Position numbers and translations under genes: made by a program. Shown piece after piece: positions 11,351 to 25,262 of a stretch of DNA of 64,000 nucleotides. How positions within the stretch are numbered: position 1 is the first letter of the stretch; each line of letters begins with the position of its first letter. The stretch comes from Antechinus flavipes (taxonomy: Eukaryota), in NCBI RefSeq assembly GCF_016432865.1, contig NC_067398.1, positions 78,802,001 to 78,866,000 on the forward strand. The letters are read 5' to 3'. The notes beneath the pieces are model-generated. The model saw only the letters and a list, made by a program, of their open reading frames with translations. It made no database searches and was not told the DNA's origin.

Positions 11351-14300
11351 AACTGAGGCCCAGAGAGATGGGTCACTCGGCTAAGCCGGAGTGCTGACAG
11401 GGGATTTGATCCCATGCCTCCCAGACCCCAACCCAGTGCCTCCCAGTCCTAACTCCGAGTGGGCGAAGAGGGCTCGCGGTAGAGGGGACTCCGCCAGGGT
11501 CAGGGAGAGGTAGGATTCTTGTAGCCACACAGTCAGTGGGCGCGCACGCAGGCACTGTGCTGCTAAGCCTTGACATGCAAAGAAAGGCCCTCCACATAGA
11601 GGGAAGCCGCAGAAGCCACAGGGGCCATAGAGAATAGAGTGGAAAGCCCCTCCTAGGATGGAAGGCCTCGCATTTTGAGGCACCAGGAAAGCCAGTGGGA
11701 AGAGTTGTTTACTTTGGGATCCCTGAGGTCATAGAGTATAGTGTGCTTTCTAGAGCCCAAGTTGGGGTGCCAAAATGTACCCTTGGGACTAGCCCTCTCT
11801 GGAGGATCTTGGGACCAGCCTGAGCCCTTGGGCTTACAAGAGGAGTGATGGATAAGGCAGGGACCCTCCTGGATGGTCAGATATGGAGTCCATTTGTTTC
11901 AAGATCTCTCAGCCCTAAATACCTTAGTACAATTACATCACTACAACACGTGCTGACTCTAGTATGATTACATCACCACAGCACACTGCTCATGTGCTAA
12001 CTATAAGCACCTGCTATTAATATGTAAATGCCTCTTTTACTGTTGTATCTCTGCTTCAGGTAAAACACAGATTGTCACACCCTCTCCCCCACACTCCACT
12101 TGTCAGGACGGCTGAGACACCCCCTCCTCCAAGGGGAGATGAGAGCCAAACCATTTTCAGCAAGTTCCATCTGGGCTAAAGCGGCTTCTACCTCACCCAT
12201 AGTTCCCCCACTGTCTGTGGCTCTACAATAGAGAGCTTGCTGCAGCCTTTTGACCTGGGGAGTTACCAGGTTGCAAGTAACCCTCTTGGCCCCTCTTGGG
12301 AACAAGGACCAGAGAGGAGAGAGACCTTTGGCCAGCACCCACCATTGGGACACTGCCACAGAACTGGCAGGAGGTGACCAGGTGGATAGAGGAGAAAGGG
12401 GGTTACCCATGCCATCTGCTAGGAAGAGGGCATCAGGTGGCTCTGTGGCCACGCCGGGTTGAAGATACCCTTTGGGACAGGTTAGCCAGTAGGCATTGGG
12501 AGGCAGCTGAGAAGTCTGGGTTGGATAAGTAGATCTGAGAACCATCTGCATAGACATGATAGTGAAGTCTTTGGGAACTGATGGAATAGATAAAGAAATA
12601 GAAAAGAAGTTATTAGGGGGACGCCTGTAGCAACAATCCCGGAGAAAGGAGTGGTTAAGTCAGGTGGGAAGAGAAGCAGCCTGAAAACTTAGAGAGAGGA
12701 CTCAAGGAGAGGAGGATGGACAGTGTCAGAGCCACAGGGGGTCACCAATGGGGAGGAATGAGAAAAAGCCATTACATTTGAGGACTTTGGAGACTTCACT
12801 TTGAGTTGGATGATGAGGACAGAAATCAGGCACCGAATGTAGAAAGTTGTCCGCTCAAAGGAGGCAAAATACCGGACAGTAGCCAAATCCCAAAGGGGCA
12901 GTTTGCTGGAGAAGATAGGATAGAATGGGATCCAAAATGCAGGAAGAGGGGACTGCCTCTTCACAAGGAGAAAGGACATCAATACCTGGGAGAAGGAGGG
13001 GAAGGATGGGGAGGAAGGGGGAGGCATCCAAGTGAGGAAAGACAAGGAGAGGACAAGTAGAAGCTCTCAGCAAATGGTCCATATTTTTCAGCAAAATATG
13101 AAGCAAGCTTCTCAGCTGAGAGGATCCAAAGAAGAGGAGCCATGGGAATTTTGAGATAGGACTGCAGGTGAGGGCCCATAATTTTAGGGAAAGGGAGAGT
13201 TGAGACATTAGGCTTCAGGGGCAGAGACTCAGCCGCCTCGGAGTTTAGGGATTTAGAGCAGGGCTGCAGCTGGAAATTATCTCTTGGTCCACTTGCTAGA
13301 GAGGCAGGTAATTTTCCTGAGGTTCCCAGGTTATTCCCCTGCAGTTTTCCTCAACAAACCTTTCACAGAGTGCATTCTCTTTTACCATTCTCTGCCCATA
13401 TTGTTGCTACGATACACTTGGGAAGAAAAGCCTTGTAGTTTTGGAAAATGAACACTCAGAGCTTCTCTAGTTGCCTGTTATAAAAGAATTTAAAACAAAC
13501 CTGGTGGGAATCCGTTTTTAGCATCTACATTGTATGAAAGAAATGGAATAGAAAAAGATATTTTCTGAATTAGTGATGCAAAATGAAAGTATGACTCATG
13601 CTTGTGGTTCTAGGTGGCTGTGACATTTGATGATGTGACCATGTATTTCACAGAGCAGGAGTGGGAGACCTTGGAGGAGTGGCAAAAGGAGCTTTACAAG
13701 CATGTCATGAAGACCAACTATGAGACCTTGGTCTCACTGGGTAAGATGTTTTCATCGGGAACTTTGATGGTGTCTTATAGAATCAGATTCAATATCATCC
13801 AGCTCTTGTATCACAACCTGAAAGTTCTTCTAGAAACCCCATCCTGATTGGTCCTTTCCACAATTTCACTTTATTTTCAAGTTTTATTATTACTTTTGTT
13901 TTTTAACAATAGTAATTTCTCAGTATCCCTTGTAACAAAGAAAACCAGTTAAGCAAAGCAAATCAACAAACTGACCTCAAATATAGTGTAGGTAACATTC
14001 TACCTTGAGCTTCTCTTTATTTACTGAGTAGAGGGAAATGTTTTATGTCATCTGTTCTCCTATATCAAGGTTGGACATTGCAATTCATATGAATGTTAAT
14101 TTATATAATTGTCATTCTCTGTCATTTCTATAAGTTTTCCACTGTTTTCTCTGAATTCCTTCATCTTCTTTTTTTTTTAATGGAGCAGTAATATTTCATT
14201 ACTTCAGTATACCATTTGTTCACCAATCAATAGCTACCTGTCTTGTTTACAGTTTTGTGTTAACACAGATACTACAGATATTTTAGTTTATATAGCTTTT

Positions 14301-17300
14301 GTGAAAATCTCTGGACCTTAATGACTAGCTGGATAGGTAGCAATATTATTGAATTCAATAAATTTCCGAAGTACAAGATACAATGCAAAAAAGAAAGAGT
14401 AAATTTTAATAGCAACCAACATTATCTACTTGAAATTAATCATCTGGAATTGGAAAAGTTTGTTTAGTGCCCCTACTAAGGCTGTCATGCTGGTCTAACT
14501 TGGCCCCCTTGCCATTTCAGATCTCTAAAGCTTTATTTATTATACCCTATAGCATTTTTTTCCAGTGGTGTTTACTGAGCCTGGCTAATATTAATCTCTG
14601 CCATGAGATCTCAGGTACTATTATAAATCATCTCTCTCACTGCTTCTCATTTCAGAGTCCCCAAAATATCTACTATTAAAAATAGCAACTCAAATTTTTA
14701 GCTTGCCATGTATCCTACAGTTTTCCATTTTAACAGCTTTAGTGTATGATAACTCAAAAACAAATTTTTCCTAGTATGTCCAACAAGAATTTCATTATGT
14801 CTTCCTATGCAGCAGCATGGAAAAACATTAACTCCACTAGTCAATTGATTGATGAATGCTTGTTTCATGCTTACTGTGAAAGGCACTTTATTAAATTCTG
14901 TAGGGAAAACAGAAGCATAAGCTACAATATGTATTTGTCCTCATGAAGCTTATATTCTGTTTGGGGAGATCATTAACAGTATATAAACATATAAAGACAT
15001 AACAATACAAAAGATCAATAACAGTTCACTTCAGCAATAAAATACATATCAGGAGGCAGTACCTTATTAATTGTCAAATATATAAGTGCAACCAATATAC
15101 AGAAAAAGAAAAAAATAATTGTGGTCTTGAGCATGCTAGAAAGAATACACAGAGGAGGATAATTAGGTCTAAAATATATATTTATATTTGATGAGCAAAA
15201 ATCGCAAAAAATCCAAAGAGGATGTAAAATGATAGTGCCCAATAATTTGAACCAAAAGTTATTTCCTGGCAACTAAATTACTGGCTGTAAAGGAAATCAA
15301 AAAATAAAAATAATTATAATTGGTAGTATTTCATCACTGTTCACAAAAGGTGTGAAGAATTTAATGGGCAACTTAAAGCCAAATAGATTAGGCATCTCTC
15401 TAGGAACCTAATACCAAGATGCAAACAGTCATTCTGATTTTATCTCCATAAAATCTCCATTTATTATAGTGTTCACAAAACTTGTGCTTCTGGTGACCTA
15501 AAGGAAAACAAACTTATTTACCATTTTGTGACCTGTTTGTCCAGGCTATGCCATTTCCAAACCAGATTTGATAACCCAGATTGAACAAGGGGAAGAACCA
15601 TTCGTCAGAGATCAGGGACGCTTGAGTACAAGGGAACTGGCCATTGGACACAGAGGCAGCTGTTTTCTGGTGAGTGTGAAAAAGTGAAAGGAGTGAAATT
15701 CAAGAGGCCATCTTCAGGTTCTCCTCCTTCTAGGACTTAAATCTTCCTGTCATGTCCAACTACTTTGGGTTTGATTTAGGATTGGCCCTAGCTTCATCAG
15801 CTATCAGAGCTCCAGACCCCAAACAATTTCACTATCATATGTGTCATACACAAACAGTAGCTCTATCCTGTTCTTCTTCTGATCAAGAAACCCAAGATTC
15901 TGAAGTTGCTTAGAGTTTTTCCAGTTACTTAGAGTTCAGCTTATTTTTAATAATCTTTTCATTTATATTGATTGTATTTATTTGTTTAGTTCCACTGAGT
16001 TAATTCTGCATCAATAGACAAAAATCTTTTCTTTTTCCTGACTTCCTCATAATCAGCCTTTCCCAAATTTAGTATAATTCTATTACATTCATTTACCATA
16101 GGGTGGTTTTTTAGCCATTTCCCAATTGATTGGCAGCCACTTTGTTTCCAGTCTTTTGCTGCCACAAAAAGTGCTACTATAAATATTGATGTACACACAC
16201 ACACACACACACACTGTCTGTCTCTCTTCTCTCTTTCACCTTAATCTAGCATACCAAACAGAAATATCATACATCTTTCCTACATATCTATATTAAATGA
16301 CTAATATTTGATAATCATTCTTACTTTGTGAATGACACTTTAAATTCTAAAGATATATAGAAGCGCACCTCACCAGAAGTATTTATCACCATAAATTACA
16401 TTTTACTTTTCAAAGAACTTGTCTACTTAGGGATATCTAAAATGTAAACAAGCAGGACATAAATATTTGTAAATGCAAATAATAATGTACTACCTCAGTA
16501 TAAGAGAAATCAGAAGGCAATGCAATCATTTCTTCCCAAACACATATATCCAGCAATAACTGCTATAAATGTGTAGTTGATATAAAGAACACTGTTGTCC
16601 ATAGTGGATTCCAAAAAGGCTTCACAAAAGAATCAAGAAGTTTTCAAAAGCAAGATTTGAATTTAAAAGTTGCAAAATGTTTAAACAGGATGTGAAATAT
16701 AATGGCTGATAAACAGAAAATTTCTGATGACTTTCATCATAAAAATTTTGAGAAAATGTAGGTTTTTTGTGTGTAGGGGTTATTTTATTCATTGCATTTA
16801 TATTTATATACTTATCATATAGTAGGCATTTAATAACGTATTGACTATTGATTAGGATAGAAACTAGTTTTGAAGGGATTAAATTGAACCGTGGTAATCT
16901 GTGTTTATCAGATACTCTATCTCCAGTACTACATCCCAGTGTTAGAAACTTAACTCAAGGCCCAAGTAATTTTCTCCACTTGTAGTCTGTATTTTACAAC
17001 TTACATTCCTATATTGTCTAGGAATAACTTGGTGTGATAGAAACTGGGAAGAACATAGAGAATATAGAAGAACTATAGAATTGAGAGAATTAAGAAATCC
17101 AGATTCAAATGATAGCTCATATTATATACAGTATGGTTCATGAAAAAGTCAGAATCATAACATGTCTATGAACTTCAGTTTCCTTATCTTTAAAATCGGG
17201 ATAATATACTTGGACTGCCAATTTCACAAGGTTGTATTAATCAGAATGTTTTAAAAAACCTTAAAGCATCATATAATATGAATTTGAGGGAGTTGATGCA

Positions 17301-20300
17301 GTTTCTAGCTATAAACAGCACAGCCCCATCCCACTGAGTCAATGAGCAATAGAAACTGCCACCAAGAACATTATTGGGAATATTTCAGTTGAGGTCAGTT
17401 ACTTTCAAACCATAGTGATTTGCAGATTTGTTTTGTGACAGACCAGCACATCTTGAATCCCCTTGAGCCAACCTTTAGGAATTTTCGAAACAAAAGCAAT
17501 TTTAGCTGACTTTATTAAATCAATATAAACTTCACAGTCCTTTTAAAAGTGCAGGCAATGTGGGGAATCAAACAACTCGTTGGTAGCTAAGAGCCAAATG
17601 AAGGAGACAGCACTCTGCTACAGTGGGAGCACCCAAATCCTGGGTTTATATATATATACGTGTGTGTGTGTGTGTGTTCCTGTATCTTGTACCTTAATCT
17701 GAATTAAAAGAAACAAAACTGCTTCTTTGTGGCCTCTTCAGGCTGTGCCATCTCCAAGCCAGACTCAATAACCCAGATTGAACAAGAAGAAAAGCCAGTC
17801 ATCAGCCATCAGGGGAACTCGGAAACAGGAGGTTATGCAGTCTGCTTCAGTGATAATGAGCATCCTGATGTGAAGAGCATAGAAGTGCAGCCATTTGGGG
17901 GTGAGTTAGGAGGAGGGGAAAGAGTGAAACTCAAGGTGGCACATTCTGATTTTTGCTCCCTAATAAGTCTTGCTTTCTTGATGGTCTGAGCTAGAACCTG
18001 ATATCAGGGCAACACTGAGCTTCAAGAGATCTCATAAAGAAATCATTCAGGGAAGGCTACAAGGCATCTTTACTTTAATCTTTACTTATACACACAGAGA
18101 TGAGTTCTGTTCTATTTTTCCTATCATGATTGGGAAATCTGAACTCCTGAATTCCAAGAAGTAAAATGAAACTTGTCATTGGTTAAGGAGGCCAGTGTTC
18201 AGCATCGGTAGGAAAGACATTACCTCATTTTTTGCTGTTGCTTGCCAATAGATAAATAAGTCAAGGACTCTATAGGGGTTAAAATTTAAGATTTTGCCCC
18301 CTATGAAGAAGGGTTGGCTTCCCTGTTAAATCTGCAAGTTAAAGGTTTTTTTCCTATTAAGCTAATGGAATTACCATTTTTTTTAATTATCAAAAGTAAG
18401 CATACTTGAAATAAAAAATAAGATAAAAGCCCTAAGAGAAGGGTGATTGTATCCATTTCAAGACAAAAAGATTGTGCTTATTTGATTTTCTTTCCCAAGA
18501 GTAGCTTCACCACGTCCAGTAACCAAAGTTTTCTTCTGAAAACATTTGTTCCAACATGAGTAAGAATAAAGAAAGAACAATCTTGACCTTGTCCTGGAGC
18601 CCAGTTTCAAATCTGGGCAGGTAGGAAGAAGGCAGAGAGTTAATTCTTCCTGATCTTTTTCTTCTTATGACTATTAGAGAGACTGTACAGATTTGTAGAA
18701 AGAGAAGTGTTCCTCAGAGTGCCTCTCCACCTTTTCCTTTTATCAGCTGTGTGATTATGGGCAACTTATATCTCTCTAAACTTCAATTTCTCATCTATAA
18801 ATAAGAATCACATTTAGGTTCTATACAAAATATTCTATTACAGTACCTCATTAATCACTCTGAACATCAAATAAGGTAATATACGTAACATGCACTACAT
18901 ATGTTATTACATGTCTGTTATTACAAAATATGTGGCAGGAACTTTATAGCACTATATCAACATGAAACAAGCCTATTGCTCATAAACATTCTCCATGTCT
19001 TCATGTCTTTCTTCAGGGAGAGAAATCTTTGGATTCACAAGTTTGAGGCTTAATGTTACAAGAGGTGTCAAAGCGTTATGTCTTTTGGGTCATGGCTCAC
19101 CTGGTTTATGTGCATCCAATTTAAATCTTCTCTAAACAGTGTGATTATATTTGGTTATATTAATGAAGAAGTGAATTTAAGGAAGGAATGGGAATTAAAT
19201 TTGAGAAAGACAGGCAGGGAATTTCAGTACTGGCCAAGTCAGGTAAAGACATGGAAAGATAAATTCAAGAAACATTTTAAATGTCTTACATTTATATAGA
19301 GCTTTATATCCACAAAAGACTATGCAGCATATCATTTGGTTCACACAACAACCCTGATCTTAATCCAGCTGAGGTTTAGAGTAGTCACACTCTACTGGAA
19401 TTCAAATCCAGTCATTAAATACCAGTTTCAGTGCACTTTCTAATACTCCATGTTATGCAGAGACCTGAATCAGTGCTAGGAGAGAGGAAAATATCAATAA
19501 ACCATGATGCTAAGACTGTTCCTGGATCTAACTCTGACCATCTCTCCTTAGCCCTTAGCCTCCTAAATCAATTATTTTCTCTCATCACAAGCTCCATTCC
19601 CCTCTCCATTCTCAAGACTATTACTCCTTTTCTGATGTCACATTCGTCCCTCACTGAAGCAAGGAAATCCATCCAAAGGCTTTCCCTCTTCTACTCCAAA
19701 CTTCCTGTTCATTTCCAAATTCTCCCATACTCCCATCTCACCCAAGTACCTTGCCTCTCATTGTACTGAAAAAATTAAGGCCACAATCTCCTCCTCTTTT
19801 TTTTCTCTCTAGCCCCTTGACAATATTCCCTATTCTCTTTTTCTTAATTCTACTTTTTTGATACTGAGGTGACCTTTATTCCTTCCCCTCCTATCTTTTC
19901 CATCAGACTACCCCTGCTCTCATCTGTTTTCACACTTTCTAAACTTACACTTTGTCGCTATCTATTGTTTCTTCCCCTAGTGCCTCCAAACATATCCAAC
20001 TCTCTTCAGTCATCAAAAAAATCCTCATAGAACCTTACGGTTTCCTCCTAGATATCTCCTTTTCCCCCAACCTCCTAGGAAAAAATTATCCCCACTTGTT
20101 ACCTCTTCTTTCTTCACCCTCACTCATTCCTCATCCCTTTGCAATTGGGCTTCTCGCTCCCTTCTAAGGAAACTGCCCTTTTTAAAATTTCTAATGATCT
20201 AATATCCAATTCAGGTCCTTTTTTTTTCAGTCCTCTTCTGCTGTGTGACTCTGTAGTCTTTGACACTGCTGACCACTCTCTCTCTTCTTTGGGCTTTTGT

Positions 20301-23300
20301 GACACTACCTCTCCTACTTCTACCTACTTATCCTCCACAATATATCCCAAGACTTTTACTCCAGACCATCTTCTCTCCACATTTTGTCTCTATCACATGG
20401 ATTTAATTATCCTTCTGCAGATGTCTCCAAGATCTGGCTCCCCAGCTCTAGTGTCTTTCCTGAGTTTTCCAAAATGCCCACTGAACACTTTAGACTGGAT
20501 TTTCATGGACATCTCAAGCCCCAAATGTCCAAAACAGAAGGCATTATCTTCCTTCCCACCTCCCTTCTTGCAGACTTGCCTTTCTTTGCTAAGGATGCCA
20601 CCATTCCTGGATCTCGTCAGTGTTATCCTCAAAGTCTTAGTCTCCCTCACCCATTTACCAATAACTTGTCTCCCTGCCTCAAGACCATGCCAGCTGCAGC
20701 CCAGCCCCCAGATACCACTGCCAAAAGAGCATTTCAGGAGCTCGGAAGTAAACTGTCTCTGGGTTTAAGGCTCTTCGTAGCCTGGCCCGAACCTCTCCTT
20801 CCAAATTCCTTATGCCTTCCTTCTCTTCCCTCTCACCAAAGTGACCTCCTCCATGTCCCTCCTCTAAGCCTTTGCCTTAGCTGCTCTCAATCCCTGAAAT
20901 ACTCTCATTTCTAGCCTCACCTCTGCTTTCTAGGATCCCTCATTTCTTTCAGAACTCCAGCTCCTAGTGCCCTCCCTCCCTATCTTTGTTTTTACTTTCC
21001 TTGTATTATTAGATGTTTATTCTAAATCTCTTAAATATGTATTTGTCTTTCCCCACAGAATTTAAGGCCCTTACATTAGGAACATTTTTTCTTTGTTTCC
21101 CCTGAGGCTGGCACATATAGGTACTTAGTGCTTGTTGCTTATGTGATTGATAGTAGTAGTTTCATAGATTTCAAGTTGCATGAGACCTGAGATCATAAAA
21201 TCAGCCCTGTTGTTTTACAGATAAGGCAAAGCAATCTCATTCAGAAGTAAATGCCAATTGATCCATGAACCCATGGTCACACAGGGAGTAAACATCAGAG
21301 CCAAGATTTAAACCTGGTTGCTGAGTCCCAAGTCCCTTGGCAAAGTCTCTTGGACCTTCTTGTAGAGCAGCCATGAGTTGCTGATCAGGTCTTTGTTTTT
21401 CATTCCAGGGGATTCTGGATCTTCAAGACAAGAAGAGAGCCACAGACATGATCTTCAAAACCAGAACTGGGCTGGGTCCTTGCCATTCCACTGCAGTGTG
21501 TGCAGCAAGGGCTTCACTCACAAGTCTCAACTAGCCAATCACGTTAGAATTCACAGGCCAAAAAAACACTTCCAGTGCACCAAGTACGAAAAGAATTTTG
21601 CCCAAAAGACCCAACTGCTCCGGCACCAGCACCTGCAAACGGGGGAGAGGCCCTTCCAGTGCTCTGAGTGTGACAAGAGCTTCCCAGCAAAGGGGGACAT
21701 GAAGCAGCCTGAAAACTTAGAGAGAGGACTCAAGGAGAAGAGGAGGATGGACAGGAGGTCATCAACGGTGAGGAATGAGAAAAAGCCATTACATTTGAGG
21801 ACTTTGGAGACTTCATTTTGAGTTGGATGATGAGGACAGAAATCAGGCACCGAATGTAGAAAGTTGTCCACTCAAAGGAGGCAAAATACAGGACAGTAGC
21901 CAAATCCCAAAGGGGCAGTTTGCTGGAGAAGATAGGATAGAATGGGATCCAAAATGCAGGAAGAGGGGACTGCCTCTTCACAAGGAGAAAGGACATCAAT
22001 ACCTGGGAGAAAGAGGGGAAGGAGGGGAAGGAAAGAGGGGAGGCATCCAAGTGAGGAGAGACAAGGAGAGGATAAGTAGAAGCTCTCAGCAAATGGTCCA
22101 TATTTTTCAGCAAAATATGAAGCAAGCTTCTCAGCTAAGAGGAGCCATGGGAATTTTGAGATAGGACTGCAGGTGAGGGCCCATAATTTTAGGGAAAGGG
22201 AGAGTTGAGACATTAGGCTTCAGGGGCAGAGACTCAGCCGCCTCGGAGTTTAGGGATTTAGAGCAGAGCTGCAGCTGGAAATTATCTCTTGGTCCACTTG
22301 CTAGAGAGGCAGGTAATTTTCCTGAGGTTCCCAGGTTATTCCCCTGCAGTTTTCCTCAACAAACCTTTCACAGAGTGCATTCTCTTTTACCATTCTCTGC
22401 CCATATTGTTGCTACCACACACTTGGGAAGAAAAGCCTTGTAGTCTTGGAAAATGAACACTCAGAGCTTCTCTAGTTGCCTGTAATAAAAGAATTTAAAA
22501 CAAACCTGGTGGGAATCCGTTTTTAGCATCTACATTGTATGAAAGAAATGGAATAGAAAAAGATATTTTCTGAATTAGTGATGCAAAATGAAAGTATGAC
22601 TCATGCTTGTGGTTCCAGGTGGCTGTGACATTTGATGATGTGACCATGTATTTCACAGAGCAGGAGTGGGAGACCTTGGAGGAGTGGCAAAAGGAGCTTT
22701 ACAAGCATGTCATGAAGACCAACTATGAGACCTTGGTCTCACTGGGTAAGATGTTTTCATCGGGAACTTTGATGGTGTCTTATAGAATCAGATTCAATAT
22801 CATCCAGCTCTTGTATCACAACCTGAAAGTTCTTCTAGAAACCCCATCCTGATTGGTCCTTTCCACAATTTCACTTTATTTTCAAGTTTTATTATTACTT
22901 TTGTTTTTTAACAATAGTAATTTCTCAGTATCCCTTGTAACAAAGAAAACCAGTTAAGCAAAGCAAATCAACAAACTGACCTCAAATATAGTGTAGGTAA
23001 CATTCTACCTTGAGCTTCTCTTTATTTACTGAGTAGAGGGAAATGTTTTATGTCATCTGTTCTCCTATATCAAGGTTGGACATTGCAATTCATATGAATG
23101 TTAATTTATGTAATTGTCATTCTCTGTCATTTCTATAAGTTTTCCACTGTTTTCTCTGAATTCCTTCATCTTCTATTTTTTTTAATGGAACAGTAATATT
23201 TCATTACTTCAGTATACCATTTGTTCACCAATCAGTAGCTACCTGTCTTGTTTACAGTTTTGTGTTAACACAGATACTACAGATATTTTAGTTTATATAG

Positions 23301-25185
23301 CTTTTGTGAAAATCTCTGGACCTTAATGACTAGCTGGATAGGTAGCAATATTATTGAATTCAATAAATTTCCGAAGTACAAGATACAATGCAAAAAAGAA
23401 AGAGTAAATTTTAATAGCAACCAACATTATTTACTTGAAATTAATCATCTGGAATTGGAAAAGTGTTTAGTGCACCTACTAAGGCTGTCATGCTGGTCTA
23501 ACTTGGCCCCCTTGCCATTTCAGATCTCTAAAGCTTTATTTATTATACCCTATAGCATTTTTTTCCAGTGGTGTTTACTGAGCCTGGCTAATATTAATCT
23601 CTGCCATGAGATCTCAGGTACTATTACAAATCATCTCTCTCACTGCTTCTCATTTCAGAGTCCCCAAAATATCTACTATTAAAAATAGCAACTCAAATTT
23701 TTAGCTTGCCATGTATCCTACAGTTTTCCATTTTAACAGCTTTAGTGTATGATAACTCAAAAACAAATTTTTCCTAGTATGTCCAACAAGAATTTCATTA
23801 TGTCTTCCTATGCAGCAGCATGGAAAAACATTAACTCCACTAGTCAATTGATTGATGAATGCTTGTTTCATGCTTACTGGGAAAGGCACTTTATTAAATT
23901 CTGTAGGGAAAACAGAAGCATAAGCTACAATATATATTTGTCCTCATGGACCTTATATTCTGTTTGGGGAGATCATTAACAGTATATAAACATATAAAGA
24001 CATAACAATACAAAAGATCAATAACAGTTCACTTCAGCAATAAAATACATGTCAGGAGGCAGTACCTTATTAATTGTCAAAAAATCCAAAGAGGATATAA
24101 AATGATAGTGACCAATAATTTGAACCAAAAGTTATTTCCTGGCAACTAAGTTACTGGCTGTGAAGGAAATCAAAAAATAAAAATAATTATAATTGGTAGT
24201 ATTTCATCACTGTTCACAAAAGGTGTGAAGAATTTAATGGGCAACTTAAAGCCAAATAGGTTAGGCATCTCTCTAGGAACCTAATGCCAAGATGCAGACA
24301 GTCATTCTGTTTTATATTTCCATAAAATCTCCATTTATTATAGTCTTCTCAAAACTTGTGCTTCTGGTGACCTAAAGGAAAACAAACTTATTTGCCATTT
24401 TGTGACCTGTTTGTCCAGGCTATGCCATTTCCAAACCAGATTTGATAACCCAGATTGAACAAGGGGAAGAACCATTCGTCAGAGATCAGGGACGCTTGAG
24501 TACAAGGGAACTGGCCATTGGTTCCAGGGCTGATGACCCTTGTGGCTTGAAGAGGACACAGAGGCAGCTGTTTTCTGGTGAGTGTGAAAAAGTGAAAGGA
24601 GTGAAACTCAAGAGGCCATCTTCAGGTTCTCCTCCTTCTAGACTTAAATCTTCCTGTCATGTCCAACTGCTTTGGGTTTGATTTTAGGGCTGGTCCTAGC
24701 TTCAAGAGATCAACTACCAGAACTCCAGACCCCAAACAATTTCACTATCATATGTGTCATACACAAACAGGAGCTCTATCCTGTTCTTCTTCTGATCAAG
24801 AAACCCAAGATTCTGAAGTTGGAGAAAGAAAAGCAAACCTAAATATGACAGTCAAATGTTAGCCTCATGAGGGTAGGTTCTATCATGTACTGTTAACTTC
24901 ATTATTGATTTTCCAGTTACTTAGAGTTCAGCTTATTTTTAAAAATCTTTCCATTCATATTGTGTATGTTTATTCTTTTAGTTCCACCTATTTTAATTCT
25001 GCATCAATAGACAAAAATCTTTTCTTTTTGCTGACTTCCTCATAATCAGCTTTTCCCAAATTCAGTATAATTCTATTACATTCATTTACTATAGGGTGGT
25101 TTTTTAGCCATTTCTCAATTGATTGGCAGCCACTTTGTTTCCATTCTTTTGCTACCACAAAAAAATGCTACTATAAATATTGATG

Positions 25186-25222
<37 letters not shown>

Positions 25223-25228
25223 TCTCTC

Positions 25229-25262
<34 letters not shown>

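Larger units (their letters stand above)
13614..21821 (+). pseudogene. First (damaged or repurposed) KRAB module of gene 2
   Basis: KRAB-A 13614-13740 intact. KRAB-B a 15545-15669 has a 34-bp deletion (125 nt). KRAB-B b 17742-17900 intact. Finger exon from 21409 has one intact finger, finger 2 with C>Y and H>Q, an 84-bp one-finger deletion, and truncation at 21704, then reads into L2 to TGA at 21821. Confidence 0.75.

Noticed and set aside
12689-13208. Repeated ORFs at 12689-13208 and 21730-22213
   Set aside because: L2 remnant duplicated with the tandem duplication.
20139-20914. 209-aa and 176-aa ORFs
   Set aside because: Decayed L2 ORF2 with frameshifts; not a host gene.
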